Below are positions 27,915-42,574 of a stretch of 64,000 nt of DNA, in pieces. Below the pieces are notes generated by a model that had not been told where the DNA came from, made no database searches, and saw only the letters and a program-made list of their open reading frames with translations. Origin of the DNA: Eledone cirrhosa (taxonomy: Eukaryota); NCBI GenBank assembly GCA_964016885.1, contig OZ024741.1, positions 89,404,001-89,468,000 of the forward strand, read 5' to 3'. Positions within the stretch are counted from its first letter, which is position 1; every line of letters begins with the position of its first letter. A program made the translations under genes and the position numbers.

Positions 27915-28120
27915 TATGTATTTGTGCACGCGAGCAATCAGGTATGCCATTGTATGTGTGGATCTGTATGCTTTGATTAATGTAAATGGGCTAAACATCT
28001 GGAATGCTTTACATCTTGTTACAATTGCATCAATGACTTATAATTGTGATTTCTAAATTAACCGTATCTTTTGGTTTAGAAAGTCCAGCTTCTCAACGAT
28101 TGTTACTGCATCAGTTACTT

Positions 28121-28296
28121 CAGTGCTGGATTTAGGACAAATGAGGCCCTATGCTAGTTAAGTTATGAAGCCCCTTACTTGGGCCCTGAAGGAAGTAATT
28201 CATAGTAAAAAATTTTGGCAAGAAGATGCCCCCTTCCCCCAGCCAACGGGGCCCTGTGTTTAAGCACACCTAAGCACAATGGTAAATCCGACACTG
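28121..28296. mobile_element. hAT-type MITE (176 bp)
   Basis: TIRs CAGTGCTGGATTTA / TAAATCCGACACTG; perfect 8-bp TSD AGTTACTT at 28113-28120 and 28297-28304. Confidence 0.85.
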
Positions 28297-28304
28297 AGTT
28301 ACTT

Positions 28305-29560
28305 AGATAACCAAGGACCCCAATAATTACAGATACAAATTATAGTAGAGGTGAAGTATCTGCAGATTTCTCATTAGTTCAGTATAGATATATATATTTT
28401 TTTTGTTTTTAACATTCTGTTTACGTCTGCTAAACGACCGATTTCTACTACTGTGCACACTTTCTTTTCTCCGTCCCAGATCATTATTTCTGGTCTGTTA
28501 TGCCTACGTGTTACAGAGGTTTTGACAGGAACATACCACTAGTATTGTTACATATACCCTCTACATCACTGTAAGTTCTTATATCTTTATCATCAGGTTT
28601 ATCCTTTCTACGGATTGCATTGTTTGGACACATCATAGCCATAGACAGTTGGTATCGTGATGACATCTTGAGACAGCTACTTATAATATAATGTGGGATA
28701 TATTAATTCCTCTGAGATGCATCGGTTATGAAATCTAGATGTTTTATTTGCATCTCTATCCTTTTTGTGCATTATATATTTTGTTGTTTTCCCTGGATTA
28801 CAAAACATACCCATCAAAGTGAGAGTTAATATACTGACAGTTGATCAAAGAGAGACTATTCTTGTTATCTATGGAGCTTCGTGGTAATGTAACCATGCAA
28901 TTCTTTCTAGGGTAAAGTGCACTTAATTCTCGATACATGGCATGTCATGGGCTTCTTAAACCTGGCGGAGTCCAGCCGATTTCTTCCAGTGAAAGAGAGG
29001 CGAAGAATCGACCCCAGTGCGCAACTGGTACTTTATTTAACGACCTCAAAAGGATGAAAGGAAAAGGTGACCGTAGCAAGATTTGAACTCGGAATGCAGT
29101 GAACCGAAACAAATACCGAGGCATTTTTAATCCGACGCTGTAACGACTCTGCCAATTCGCCGACTTACATTACCTTCTACTGATATGCATGCAGTTTTTC
29201 GTCTAGTAACAACTTCCTTGAATGTACATACCTGATCAGCAGTTAGGGAACAATTTTTTAGGAGCTTCTTTCCAAATATCGTGATGCTATTTGCCTCGTG
29301 TATACAGGCTTGATCAGTGGATGCATTTTGATGCTTTGAATTTTGTTATCGAAGGGATTGATGCGATATTCAAAGGCTGCTTGATTCAATGTTAAGCATT
29401 CACCTCCTTATTGTTGTTTTAGGCAGAGGCGGTTAGTATCATTACTGATGTAATGGGAATTTTTAGTGATCACTAATAGTTTTCTGGTGTTAACACCTAT
29501 GGCCTACATCTCCTCCAGTATCCAGTCGGATAGATTCATACCAAATGTAGGTATAAATAA
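28305..29560 (-). mobile_element. Degenerate RLE-type LINE, interrupted by a SINE at ~28985-29170
   Basis: Minus strand encodes HNRPEIMIWDGEKKVCTVVEI (restriction-like endonuclease PD motif region) and ELMRNLQILH, matching the 25185 family. Confidence 0.65.
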
Positions 29561-30294
29561 TGCCATCAAAGTGACATATCATTAAATTTATGACATACCA
29601 TTAAAACTATGACACCACTAAAAGTACGACTTACCATTAAAATATAAATAGGTGGCGAAATGGCAGAAATACTGGAACATCAAATGAAATGCTTTACGTT
29701 ATTTGTTCCCGTTCCTTGTATTCTGAACTAAAATTCTTCCGAAGTCAACCTTGCCTTATCGATTTCTGCTGATATCTATAAAGAAGGTATCAGTCTAGGG
29801 CAGTGGACTGGCGGAAGCGTTAGAGATCCGACAGGAATCTTTGCGTTCTGAGTTCAAATTGCGTCGCGGTCTGCTTTGGGCGTGTTAAACAGGCAAGAAA
29901 TAAATACAAAAATCCAATAAAAACGGTAGAGAAAAAGAACGACGAGAAGAAAGACAAAGGGCAAAGGGGGAAGAAAGAAAGAATGAGCGAAAAGGAAAGA
30001 GTGAAAGGAATAGAGGAAAATAGAGAAAGACAAAGAGAGAAAGCAAACGAGAAGTATAGATAGAAAAAAAAAAAAGAACGATCAGGAGAGAGAAAGAGAG
30101 AGAAAGAGAGAGAAAGAGAAAGAAAGCGAAACAGAGATAGAGGTAGTGAGTGAGAGATGGGGGGGGGGGGGGACAATATAAAAAGGATAGAGATCCCATA
30201 ACTCCTTGTGGAGTCATAGAGTCACCGCCATACGGCGTGTCTAGGTCACATTTCCCAATCCTCTCCAGGTCTGAACACAGCCGATTTTTTCTAT

Positions 30295-31046
30295 AGAGGA
30301 AGAATCGACCCAGTATTGGACTGGTAACTTCTTTTTATCGACCTCGAAAGGATGAAAGGTAAAGTTGACCTCGGCGGGATTTGAACTCAGAGCGCGCAAG
30401 GGGATGGGACGAGTACCGTAAAGCATTCTATCCGACCTCTTAACGACTCTGCCAATTCGCCGCTGTGTGACACTAGCTAACGTTATTAAAGTGGTTATTG
30501 AAGTGGGTTATTGTTTTGTTGTTTAGCCCCACGCCAGCCTTGATTGGGCAGTTATATGATCAAAGCGTTAAGGTCATGGCCATCTCGTTGGAGGATTGGC
30601 AGTATCGGTAGAGGGTCAGACGCCATGCCTTGACGCATTGAGTTACGGCCCTTGCCATTCTGAGTTCAAATCCCGCCGAGGTTAACTTTGCCTTTCATCC
30701 TTACGGGGTCGATAAAATAAAGTACCAGTAATACATTGGGATAATAGCTGGCCTTATGCCAAAAGTAGAAACAATTATTTTATATTTTATGCATGCATGG
30801 TGCCGTAATCCTTGGGGGTGTCGTAGGGTCTGAATACAGCAGATTTCTTCCAGAGAAGGATAGAGAGAATGAGAGAATGGAAGCGTGAAAGAGATATAGA
30901 GTAAGAATCGAACACAGTACTAGATTCATACATTTGTTATCGACCTGAATGGATGAAAGGCAAATTTGATTTGAACTCAGAGAGTCGAAATGAATACCGC
31001 AAAGCATTCTATCCGACATTCTAACGACTCTGCCAATTCGCCGCCT
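30295..31046. mobile_element. Cluster of three family-1 tRNA-derived SINEs (30295-30465 minus, 30590-30778 plus, 30900-31046 minus)
   Basis: B-box GAGTTCAAATCC and shared body TTTGCCTTTCATCCTT..GGTCGATAAAATAAAGTACCAG. Further decayed copies at ~29650-29880, 42003-42090, 53330-53660 and 60315-60462. Confidence 0.8.
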
Positions 31047-31209
31047 TCTTATATTTTATATCTGGCCCTAACATTCTCTGATGAACTCTCCTTTCTTTTT
31101 TTAAGATTGTGGCATTTGAGTTGGCAGATATTTGGCTGCTATTTCTTGCAAGTTGAGAGTCTACTGAATAGTTAGCGTGTTAGGTTAACTTTTAACAGAG
31201 AGAGAGAGA

Positions 31210-31251
<42 letters not shown>

Positions 31252-31640
31252 TAGTCCTTTTATCATCAGCTTAATAACAAGCGAATCTTATAATAGTACC
31301 TCGGTCTAAGCCGACGTGTATTAACTCTAATTTGTTTCTGTCTGTCTGTCTGTTTGACTGTCTTGCTATCTATCTTGGCTTGATTTTATTCTCATCAGTC
31401 CATATGTCTCTCACCACCCAGAATTTAAAAAAGAATTACACATAAAAATTTAGTTAAATGACGTTACTAAGTACACTGCATTTTTGAAAATGCTTATTTT
31501 TATTTCGTTTTTCATTTCCGTTAATTTTTTTTTCTAATTAACAGCAGTAAAAATAACAACATGTATAGTTGATAGCATTAAACGTTCAATGTTAGTGTTA
31601 GCTTTACACACACACACACACACACTAACACACGCACGCG

Positions 31641-31715
<75 letters not shown>

Positions 31716-31800
31716 GTGAATATACATATATATACACACACAACATGCATACACACATAGGTGCATAAATATATACATGTATATACATACAAACATACAT

Positions 31801-31831
<31 letters not shown>

Positions 31832-31871
31832 TACATACATATATATATACACACATACATACACACACACA

Positions 31872-32867
31872 TGGTGGCTGCCAACTCGTTTTCGAGTATG
31901 GCCACTACTTTATATCCATGTAGGAGAATGCGCTGAACGAGTGTGACTTTTTAGTCTAGCCAGCGACTTGAAAACTCTAGTACAAACACTACACCTGTGA
32001 CAATTATTGACACATAGTGCTGGGCCCATGGTACCATGTAACGACAAGTGCAGAGAGATCTCCAGATATAAAGCAATGCCTGTGCCGTGAAGCTTTTATA
32101 GTGAGCAAAGGCACTGCACAAAGCCAGTCCCACTCTCTTAACCAAGATGATATTTACCAAAAAGAAGAACAAGTCAACATCATTGGATACCATCAGAGTT
32201 GCAGGTGTTATATCAGAGTTTTCCTTCTCCTAGAATTCTGCCTTGACAAAGGCTAAGGGGTCTTCTCTCCCGGTGATTTTGGATGGCCATTGACTCTTAA
32301 GAGCTCCTTTGCCCTTTGACAGGTTTTGTTTTTAGTCCTGCAGGATGTCCAAAGTCACCCTCCTCACCAAGAAACCTTGGTGGGGTTGCCAGTTTAGTCG
32401 CCAACGACCCGTATATATGTACATATATATATACATATATACATACATATATATATACACATACATATATACATACATATATATATATACACATATACAT
32501 ACATATGGTGGCTGCCAACTCGTTTTCGAGTACGGCCACTACTTTATATCCATGTAGGAGAACTCCTACCAATGCGCTGAACGAGTGACATTTTAGTCCA
32601 GCCAGCAACTTGAAAACTCTGGTACAAACACTACACTTGTGACAATTATTGACACATAGTGCTGGGCCCATGGTACCATGTGACGACAAGTGCAGAGAGA
32701 TCTCCAGATATAAAGCAATTCCTGTGCCGTGAAGCATTTATAGTGAGCAAATTCACTGCACAAAGCCAGTCCCACTCTCATACATATATATATATATATA
32801 CACACATACATATATACATACATATATACATACATACACATACATATATACATATATACATACATAC

Positions 32868-32909
<42 letters not shown>

Positions 32910-33590
32910 ATACATACATATATACATACATATACATACACATATACATATATACATACATATATATATACATACATACATATGGTGGCTGCCAACTCGT
33001 TTTCGAGTACGGTCACTACTTTATATCCATGTAGGAGAACCTCTACCGATGCGCTGAACGAGTGTGACTTTTTAGTCCAGCCAGCAACTTGAAAACTCTG
33101 GTACAAACACTACACTTGTGACAATTATTGACACATAATGCTGGGCCCATGGTACCATGTGACGACAAGTGCAGAGAGATCTCCAGATATAAAGCAATTC
33201 CTGTGCCGTGAAGCTTTTATAGTGAGCAAAGGCACTGCACAAAGCCAGTCCCACTCTCTTAACCAAGATGATATTTACCAAAAAGAAGAACAAGTCAACA
33301 TCATTGGATACCATCAGGGTTGCAGGTGTTATATCAGAGTTTTCCTTCTCCTAGAATTCTGCCTTGACAAAGGCTAAGGGGTCATCTCTCCCGGTGATTT
33401 TGGATGGCTATTGACTCTTAAGAGCTCCTTTGCCCTTTGACAGGTTTTGTTTTTAGTCCTGCAGGATGTCCAAAGTCACCCTCCTCACCAAGAAACCTTG
33501 GTGGGGTTGCCAGTTTAGTCGCCAACGACCCGACCATAGGACAGGTTGTACTGGGATACATGTTACCAGTAGCACCAACTGGTGACCTGA
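31872..33590 (-). mobile_element. Three head-to-tail copies of a ~610-bp non-coding retroposon (31872-32411, 32506-32779, 32983-33590) separated by (CATA)n
   Basis: High mutual identity; common end TGGTGGCTGCCAACTCG abutting microsatellite; opposite ends variably truncated. Confidence 0.85.
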
Positions 33591-34441
33591 CATACACACA
33601 TACATACATACATACACACACACATACATACATACATATGTGAATGTACATATACACACACATACACACATACATACATACACATACATACATACTTACG
33701 TACGTACATAAATATATACATACATACATACACACACACATACATACATACATATACATACACACATACATACATACATACATACATACATACATACATA
33801 CACACACATACATACATACATACATACATACATACATACATACATACATACATACACACGCATATATACTTACATACATACACACACATGCATACTTACA
33901 TACACACACACTTCATCATGTCCATTCACTGCTAGAAACTTGGGCTACAAGTAGCGGATTTAGCTACTCTATCAGCAATGCATGCTATTTTTTTTTCCTT
34001 TTTTGATCTACTTGCTACTTTAAAATTTTAATAAAAAACAAAAAATCAAGGTTTCTATTGAATAACGTATTAAATCATTAACTAAGTAAATTAGAACCGA
34101 CCTACAGGCAATCTTAATTCCTAACATGTATGTATGTTCTTCTGGTTTTATAATTTCACAATTTTTGCCAATAGAGAAAGAGTCGGTTTCTAAGATAGAC
34201 ACAAGACTCTCTCATTGGAATTTACACAACATCAACTAGCTAGATATGTATGCGTGTCTGCATGCGTGCTTGTGTAGATATGGATGTTATTGTATGTGTG
34301 GATGTGGATGTTTTGAGTTGTATGTGTGCATGTGTATATGCTTTGCATCTGTATATGTGTATATGCAGTTATTAGATGCAACATTTTTGGAATGTTTTAC
34401 ATATTTTTACTGTTCCATATATATATATGTATATATATTTT

Positions 34442-37400
34442 GCTCCAATACCGTTGAGCGCTTTATATTATAACTGAAAAAATGGAATTCTTTAAGATCT
34501 CTTCTTCTCTAAAAGACATACCTCTACCTAGAAACAAGGACTTTATTAAACAACTAATAGATAAATCAGACTCCTTTATAAGGAGAATCAGGTGGCGTGC
34601 ATTCCACTTTGATAAATCTAAATCTAACGTAAACGAAAATGCCTCAGACCTAGACAGAGTCTTCAAATCTAAAAAAAATCCACCCCCCAACAAACTTTTG
34701 AATGATTTTGAAAACAATATAATTTCTATCATACAAGGAGTCAGATTCAAGAGAAACTTCAATGGCCAGGAATATCTGAAAAGCATTAAGGATAACATTG
34801 CGAGCTTAGAGAGAACAGAGATCTTGGTGAAATCGGACAAAACCAACAACCTCTATGGAGTGAAAAAAGACATGTATAATGGCCTCATACTGAAAGAACT
34901 AAGGGAAAAGTACAAGGTAGCAGATAAGGCTGAACTTGAGAAAATGAATGTTGAGGCATCATGTATAATGCATGAGTTGGAAATTGAGAACAAAACACAA
35001 CCTTTCGTGCCTAGGAAACCCAAGATCAATATGAAAGATCACAAGAGAAATTTTGAAAATGACTTGCCAGTCAGGTTGATTGCACCATCAAAATCTGACC
35101 TGGGTAAACTTAGCAAGAACATTCTAGACAGAGTGATACAGCAAATTAAGGACTTGAATTGTTTACCTGGCTTGACCTTGTGAAAGGGAACCGGGGAGGT
35201 CATTGAGTGGTTTAATGAAATTTAATATAACAATAATAATAAATTTATTCAACTAGATATTGCTAACTACTATTCATCCATTACCCCTAATCTACTTAAT
35301 AAGGCACTAAATTACGCATTCAAGCATACAGACCTAACTAGCAATGAAATGCACATTATATTATCGGCAAGGAAAACTTTGATAGAATTTAATAACCAAC
35401 TATGGACTAGGGCAGATAGAGATAATAATTTTGACATTACTATGGGATCATCAGACTCAGCTCAGGTAACGGACCTTGTGGGCCTATTTATAATTAATTC
35501 GCTGCATAGGAAAATACCCGGTGTTACCGGAGTTTTATATAGAGATGACATGCTTTTACTTATTGAAAATAATAACTCTGAACTAAATAAGAATAGAAAA
35601 CAAATTATACAATTTTTTAATTACCTTAATCTAAAAATAGAAATTGAGAATAACCATAGAATAGTCAATTTCCTAGACGTAACATTTAATCTCAACACAT
35701 GTCTTCACTATCCATTTCACAAGTTAAATGAAAACTTGAATTATGTCAATTTTAGCTCCAATCACCCCAGATCTGTCAAAAATACTATAGTGAACTCTGT
35801 TCAAAAACGTATCTCTAGAATCTCTTCCAATAAAAATATTTTTGACGAAAAAGCCCAGTATTATAATGAAGCTTTAGCTAGAGCAGGATATAGTGATAAA
35901 ATTATGTACATCGATAATAGACAAACTAACCAAAATAACAACAATTTTAATTACAGTAACAACTTTAACAACTATAATAGAAAGCACTACAATAATTTCA
36001 AAAACCAGAAAAGAAATAGAACTAGAAATATAATATGGTTTGCCCCCCCTTTCTCACTAAACATTAAAACCCACATCGCTAAACTATTTTTTAATGCTCT
36101 TGACAAACGCTTCCCTAGAACACATAAGTATCACTCAATTTTTAATAGACATACTATAAAATTAACGTACTCGTCCACCAAAAATTTAGCACAAAATATT
36201 AATAGAATAAATAATAGGAATCTAAAACCTAGCCAAAATACCGAAAATAGCCTAAACAATATTCAACTAAAAAACTGTAACTGTAGAGATAGATCTAAAT
36301 GTCCGCTAAATAACAATTGCTTAGTTAAAAATATAATATACAACTGTAATGTTAGAACTGATTTAAATTCTTTTAATTATGTTGGTTCCACCTCGACAGA
36401 ATTTAAACTTCGCTATAATAATCACAAAAATTCTTTCACGGATCCAAATAAAAAATCCTCAACATCGCTGTCAGGGTTACTCTGGCAACTTAAGCATGAT
36501 AAAGTTGGATATTCGATGGTTTGGAATATAGTCTCAAAAGGGATTCCTTTTAATTCCTCTTCTGAGACATGTGACCTCTGCGCGGAGGAGATATTCTTTA
36601 TATTAAAATCTAAAAATTCCCTTAATTTACGAACCAATTTATTCAGCTGTTGCAGACATAGATTGAACTCAACATTTAAATATAAATATAAATTTAAAAT
36701 GTAGTATAAAATGTAGTATATTTACTTAAGGTATTTGACTATTTATGATACTTGGCGATAAATCTTTCGATTCCTTCAATTTTTTTTTTAAAACCTTTCT
36801 GCATGAATATATAATTAATGAGATTAAATAAACTACCCTAAAATTTGCGTTGTTCCCAATCTTTTGAATAAATTTTTTAAGCTGGATAAACTTCTATAAT
36901 AAATATAAGAGCATTTGTAGAATAAGTTTTGAATGATTTCTGCTAAATAAGGCTTGGTGACAATTTTGGTTTTGTTTGCTTTTGACTCTGATTCTATGAC
37001 CGATATGCGTGGCATACTATGTTCTCTTGCGTCCCTAGATACTCTGTGGAGTGACGAAGATATTCTTTGCGTTTTTAATTTTAATATTGATATCTGTTGT
37101 CTACTCTATGCTTGATCGATGATCATGCAAGTGAGGCTGGAATGTTATTTTAGATGTTAATGTATATCTTATATATTTTGTGTCTATATATATGTATATA
37201 TGTATGTAAATGTATGTAGGGTGGAATCTTTTCTAACGCATTGAAGTTTTTCATGAAATATAAGAATCGGCGCAGCGTATCACGTAGGTTCACATGTGCG
37301 TCTATATTTATCAACTTGAATTTGAGATAACCTTCTCTTTTCTCTTTTTTTCACGAGAATGCATATATACTTATGTTTGAAGTTTTATCTCAGATTTTGC

Positions 37401-38100
37401 TTATAGACCTAAGAATTTTTAAACTGAGCATGTGGTCATTTTTTCACACATTATGGATATGTGTCTCATTCATGAATACTGATATTTACATTATAATACC
37501 TAATTCATAAAAATTGATAATTCAAATGGATGAGACATAATATATTTTTAATATATTTTAAATATATCATCTTTCTTTCTTTTTCTCCTATACACTAGTT
37601 TAACTGTATCCCTTCCCTTAACCTCTCACATATACGATGATCATCTGTCCAAAAGCAGCCTACTATATTTTTCACCTCCTCAATGTATTTCTCTCTCTCC
37701 TTGTCTCTCTATCTCGCTCCGTTGTTTTTCTTTACATACATCTCTTCATCTTCTTCTTTTTTTTATTTACATACATCTCTTCATCTTCTTCTTCTCATCT
37801 TCGTTTTTCTTTCTATATAACTGTCATAACAGTTTCACTACCAAATCAACTTTTTAAAAGGAAGTTGCATTATTACAAGGTATGTCACTAATTATTTATA
37901 AAACAGCTTATGTATTGTATTTTGTCTGAGGAAGGCATACCATATTTTTAATATGATATCCCAGGAATATATATAACGAAATAAATATGGTTTTATAAAT
38001 ATAGTTTCCATTTGTTTAATATCGTAAACCTACTCCAGAAACTGTTGAGTGCTTTTATATCAGTTATAAAATATTTACTCGTTGTAACCCAACAATCTTA
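34442..38100 (+). mobile_element. Near full-length Penelope-like retroelement (probably Hydra-type)
   Basis: RT plus C-terminal GIY-YIG ORF, ~1.4-kb 3' region, and a short 5' repeat (34442-34475) resembling 38031-38070. Confidence 0.9.
34482..36704 (+). pseudogene. Penelope-like RT/GIY-YIG polyprotein, 740 codons, one in-frame TGA at 35181-35183
   Basis: ORFs 34482..35183 and 35349..36704 share a frame and the gap is open. Motifs SDKTNN, QLDIANYYSSI, FDITMGS, LYRDD, SNHP, CNCRDRSKC, IIY...YVGST, CDLC, CCRH. Confidence 0.92.
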
Positions 38101-38176
38101 AATAAAACTTTTGCATATATGTATGTATATATATATATGTATATGTATGTATATATATATATATGTATGTATATGT

Positions 38177-38207
<31 letters not shown>

Positions 38208-38245
38208 GATGTATATGTATATATATGTATATATATGTATGTATG

Positions 38246-38284
<39 letters not shown>

Positions 38285-38399
38285 ATGTATATATATATAT
38301 GTATGTATATTTATATATATATATGTATGTATGTATATGTATATATATATGTATGTATGTATGTATATGTATATATATATATATGTATGTATGTATATT

Positions 38400-38430
<31 letters not shown>

Positions 38431-38433
38431 ATG

Positions 38434-38524
<91 letters not shown>

Positions 38525-38537
38525 ATGTATATATATG

Positions 38538-39147
38538 TCAGGTCACCAGTTGGTGCTACTGGTAACATGTATCCCAGTACAACCTGTCCTATGGTCGGGT
38601 CGTTGGCGACTAAACTGGCAACCCCACCAAGGTTTCTTGGTGAGGAGCGTGACTTTGGACATCCTGCAGGACTAAAAACAAAACCTGCCAAAGGGCAAAG
38701 GAGCTCTTAAGAGTCAATGGCCATTCAAAATCACTGGGAGAGATGACCCCTTAGCCTTTGTCAAGGCAGAATTCTAGGAGAAGGAAAACTCTGATATAAC
38801 ACCTGCAACCCTGATGGTATCCAATGATGTTGACTTGTTCTTCTTTTTGGTAAATATCATCTTGGTTAAGAGAGTGGGACTGGCTTTGTGCAGTGCCTTC
38901 GCTCACTATAAAAGCTTCACGGCACAGGCATTGCTTTATATCTGGAGATCTCTCTGCACTTGTCGTCACATGGTACCATGGGCCCTGCACTATGTGTCAA
39001 TAATTGTCACAGGTGTGGAGTGTTTGTACCAGAGTTTTCAAGTCGCTGGCTGGACTAAAAAGTCACACTCGTTCAGCGCATCGGTAGGGGTTCTCCTACA
39101 TGGATATAAAGTAGTGGCCGTACTCGAAAACGAGTTGGCAGCCACCA
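38538..39147 (+). mobile_element. Full-length copy of the ~610-bp retroposon, inverted relative to 32983-33590
   Basis: Reverse complement of 32983-33590; ends in a stem-loop and (ATGT)n tail. Confidence 0.88.
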
Positions 39148-39894
39148 TGTATGTACATATGTATGTAGGTATGTGTGTATGTGTGTATGTATGTATATCG
39201 GTGCCTCAACATGTCCTCAGCCTGTCGGCTGGAACACGTAATAGAATAATAGAGTAATATACATACACATAAATAGGTACACACACAAACACACACACAC
39301 ATACACACATGTTTTCAAATATCAGTGTTGATATTCACAATCAACTAATTATGGTGCAATCATCTTTAAACACTCTACATATTGTGTCTCCATATAAGTA
39401 AGAATTGGTATCATACGTATCCGACGGAGTATAGTTACTTAATTAAAAACGAAGAGATAGTTTTACATTTTAAACTTCGTGGGAATTCGATCAGACAATA
39501 CCACAGTTCTACAGCTAGCATATCAAAAACATTGTTTACATTTATTTGATGAGGACGCATTACACAATCAGTCTAATGCCTTTGACATGTACACAATGTA
39601 TGTTATGTAATACAATAAATCGAAGTAATAACTGTCCAGCGATTCTTTCCTTAAACATCTAATCATATGTCCGTAGTAGCTATTCCCCCCCCCCCCCCTG
39701 TTCCCCTCCCGCCCCTTCTTTAAATCTAATGCTCACTTTGATCTTCATACTGATATTCATATTCCATCTCTTTCCCTAGAGCGATGTACTTAGATAGAGA
39801 GAGAAAAAGGAACGTCATTTGTTGAGAGAGAGAGAGAGAGAGAGAGGGGTGGGGTGACAGAAAGAGGGAGAAGACATCTAATAATAGTAATAAT

Positions 39895-40080
39895 TGTTTC
39901 TACTTTAGGCACAAGGCCAGCAATTACCCAGTGCATTACTGGTACTTTATTTTATCGACCCCGTAAGGATGAAAGGCAAAGTCAACCTCGGCGGGATTTG
40001 AACTCAGATCGTAAAGGGACGTAACTATGCTGGAAAGTATGGCGTCCGACCCTCTACTGATACTGCCAATCCACCGCCCA
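39895..40080 (-). mobile_element. Family-1 tRNA-derived SINE with 19-bp TSD
   Basis: ATCTAATAATAGTAATAAT at both 39876-39894 and 40081-40099. Confidence 0.88.
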
Positions 40081-40169
40081 ATCTAATAATAGTAATAATG
40101 GTTTCTTATATGGGCACATATAAGAAACCATTGCAACATAGAGTTACGGAATAATAATAATATGCCTGC

Positions 40170-40315
40170 CTATGACATGACCGTTCCTATAGACAAGAAT
40201 GTATCTATAAAAACATTTGAAAAATTGAGATTGGAAAAGTGTGGAAAAGTGTGGAAATTGAGAGCTAAAACAATACGAGTGGTTGTAGGCGCTCTAGAAA
40301 TGACACCTAAGGCGT
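40170..40315 (+). mobile_element. RLE-type LINE C-terminal fragment
   Basis: DMTVPIDKNV...KTIRVVVGALE. Confidence 0.55.
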
Positions 40316-40352
40316 TCTATTTAGTTCTCCCCCTCTCTCTCTCTCTCCACAC

Positions 40353-41019
<667 letters not shown>

Positions 41020-41074
41020 CGAAATATCTGCCCATATATACTGACCCCTAAACAACATGATGTTTAGTTTTTCT

Positions 41075-41300
41075 TTACCTTAAATTGACGCCAGTTAGTC
41101 TGGAGAAACTGGCCAACTTGAAGTTATTTGAGATAAGATTTTCTTCAGAATATTCTGCTCTCGTTTCTTGGAAGAGACAGACATCACACAGAGCTGCTCT
41201 AGCAAGCAGATAGATGTAGCGCTTAGCTAAAAACTTCAGTCCTCTCGACAGTCTTAGCACCTCGATAAAAGATAGTTCAATGTATCTTGTCAGACCATTA
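41075..41300 (-). mobile_element. Possible LINE apurinic-endonuclease N-terminal fragment
   Basis: DVCLFQETR motif only. Confidence 0.35.
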
Positions 41301-42110
41301 CTACATTCACGCAAACCAACCTCACAAACATAACACACAATTAACTTGGTTCCTTGTTATTTTCCTCTGTTGTCAAATTAGCTTCGACGTAAGTTATTTC
41401 TTAATAAAAATGGTTAAGTTAGCGATGTTTGTTATTGTTCCCCTGTTATTGCTAATGTCAGCTTTACTTTCAACTACTGACTATGGCAACACATACAGCC
41501 ACACACCTCGAGACATACACACTCAATTCACCTGCCATAAGTCACAAACATTCCCACAACGCTTATATGGGAGAGAGCATTCACGGAATCACCCATCAAG
41601 CCAACAACATCATAACTACATCTGCCACGCCGATTGTCTGGCTTTCCGTTTTTTCCCCATTGTCTGGGGGGTCCTTTGCGCACCCTATTTTGAATATATA
41701 TATATATACTGTATATATAAACTTAAGAGGATTAACAAAGAAAGGACAAGATAACCAACAGGAACAAAAGGAAAAGCAATTTTTTAAAGGGAAACCTTAA
41801 AAAATCATTAAAAAAAAAATAAATATACAAACGAAGGACACAGAACTCTTTGGTCATTGGCCGTTGAGATGGACTTAGGCAGTTTCAACCCCTAACAACA
41901 GTACTACTGGTCCATCCGGGGTCAGAGCGTCTGGCATAAGCCAAACGCTGTCCAAAGGAGTAAGAGACGAAAGACAAACATTAATATATATACATATATA
42001 TGTGCCTTTCATCCTTACGAGGTCGATAAAATAAAGTACCAGTAATGTACTGGGTAATTGCTGGCCTTGTGCCTAAAATAGAAACAATTAATATATATAC
42101 ATATACATAC

Positions 42111-42177
<67 letters not shown>

Positions 42178-42574
42178 ACACAAATATATATATATACATA
42201 TACATATATATATATATATATATACATACATATATATACATATATAAGTATGTATGTATTTATATATGTATATGTGAGTGTGTGTGTGTGTATATGAGTG
42301 AGCGTGTATGTTTATATTTATATAGATCTGACAAAGGATAAAGCCAAAATAAATACACAACCGAAACCTGATCGAAATGATTTGATATAGTTATTACAGA
42401 AGGATTAAGGTTAATGAAATATCTATAAATAGTTATTTTAAATTGACATTTCCAAAATGTACGTGTGTGAGCGCGTTCGTAGTATGTATGTATGTATGTA
42501 TGTATGTATGTATGTATGTATGTATGTATGTATGTATGTATGTATGTATGTATGTATGTATGTATGTCCAGCAT

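Noticed and set aside
41287-41800. 155-aa and 105-aa ORFs
   Set aside because: No recognisable domain; probably the antisense strand of decayed LINE sequence.
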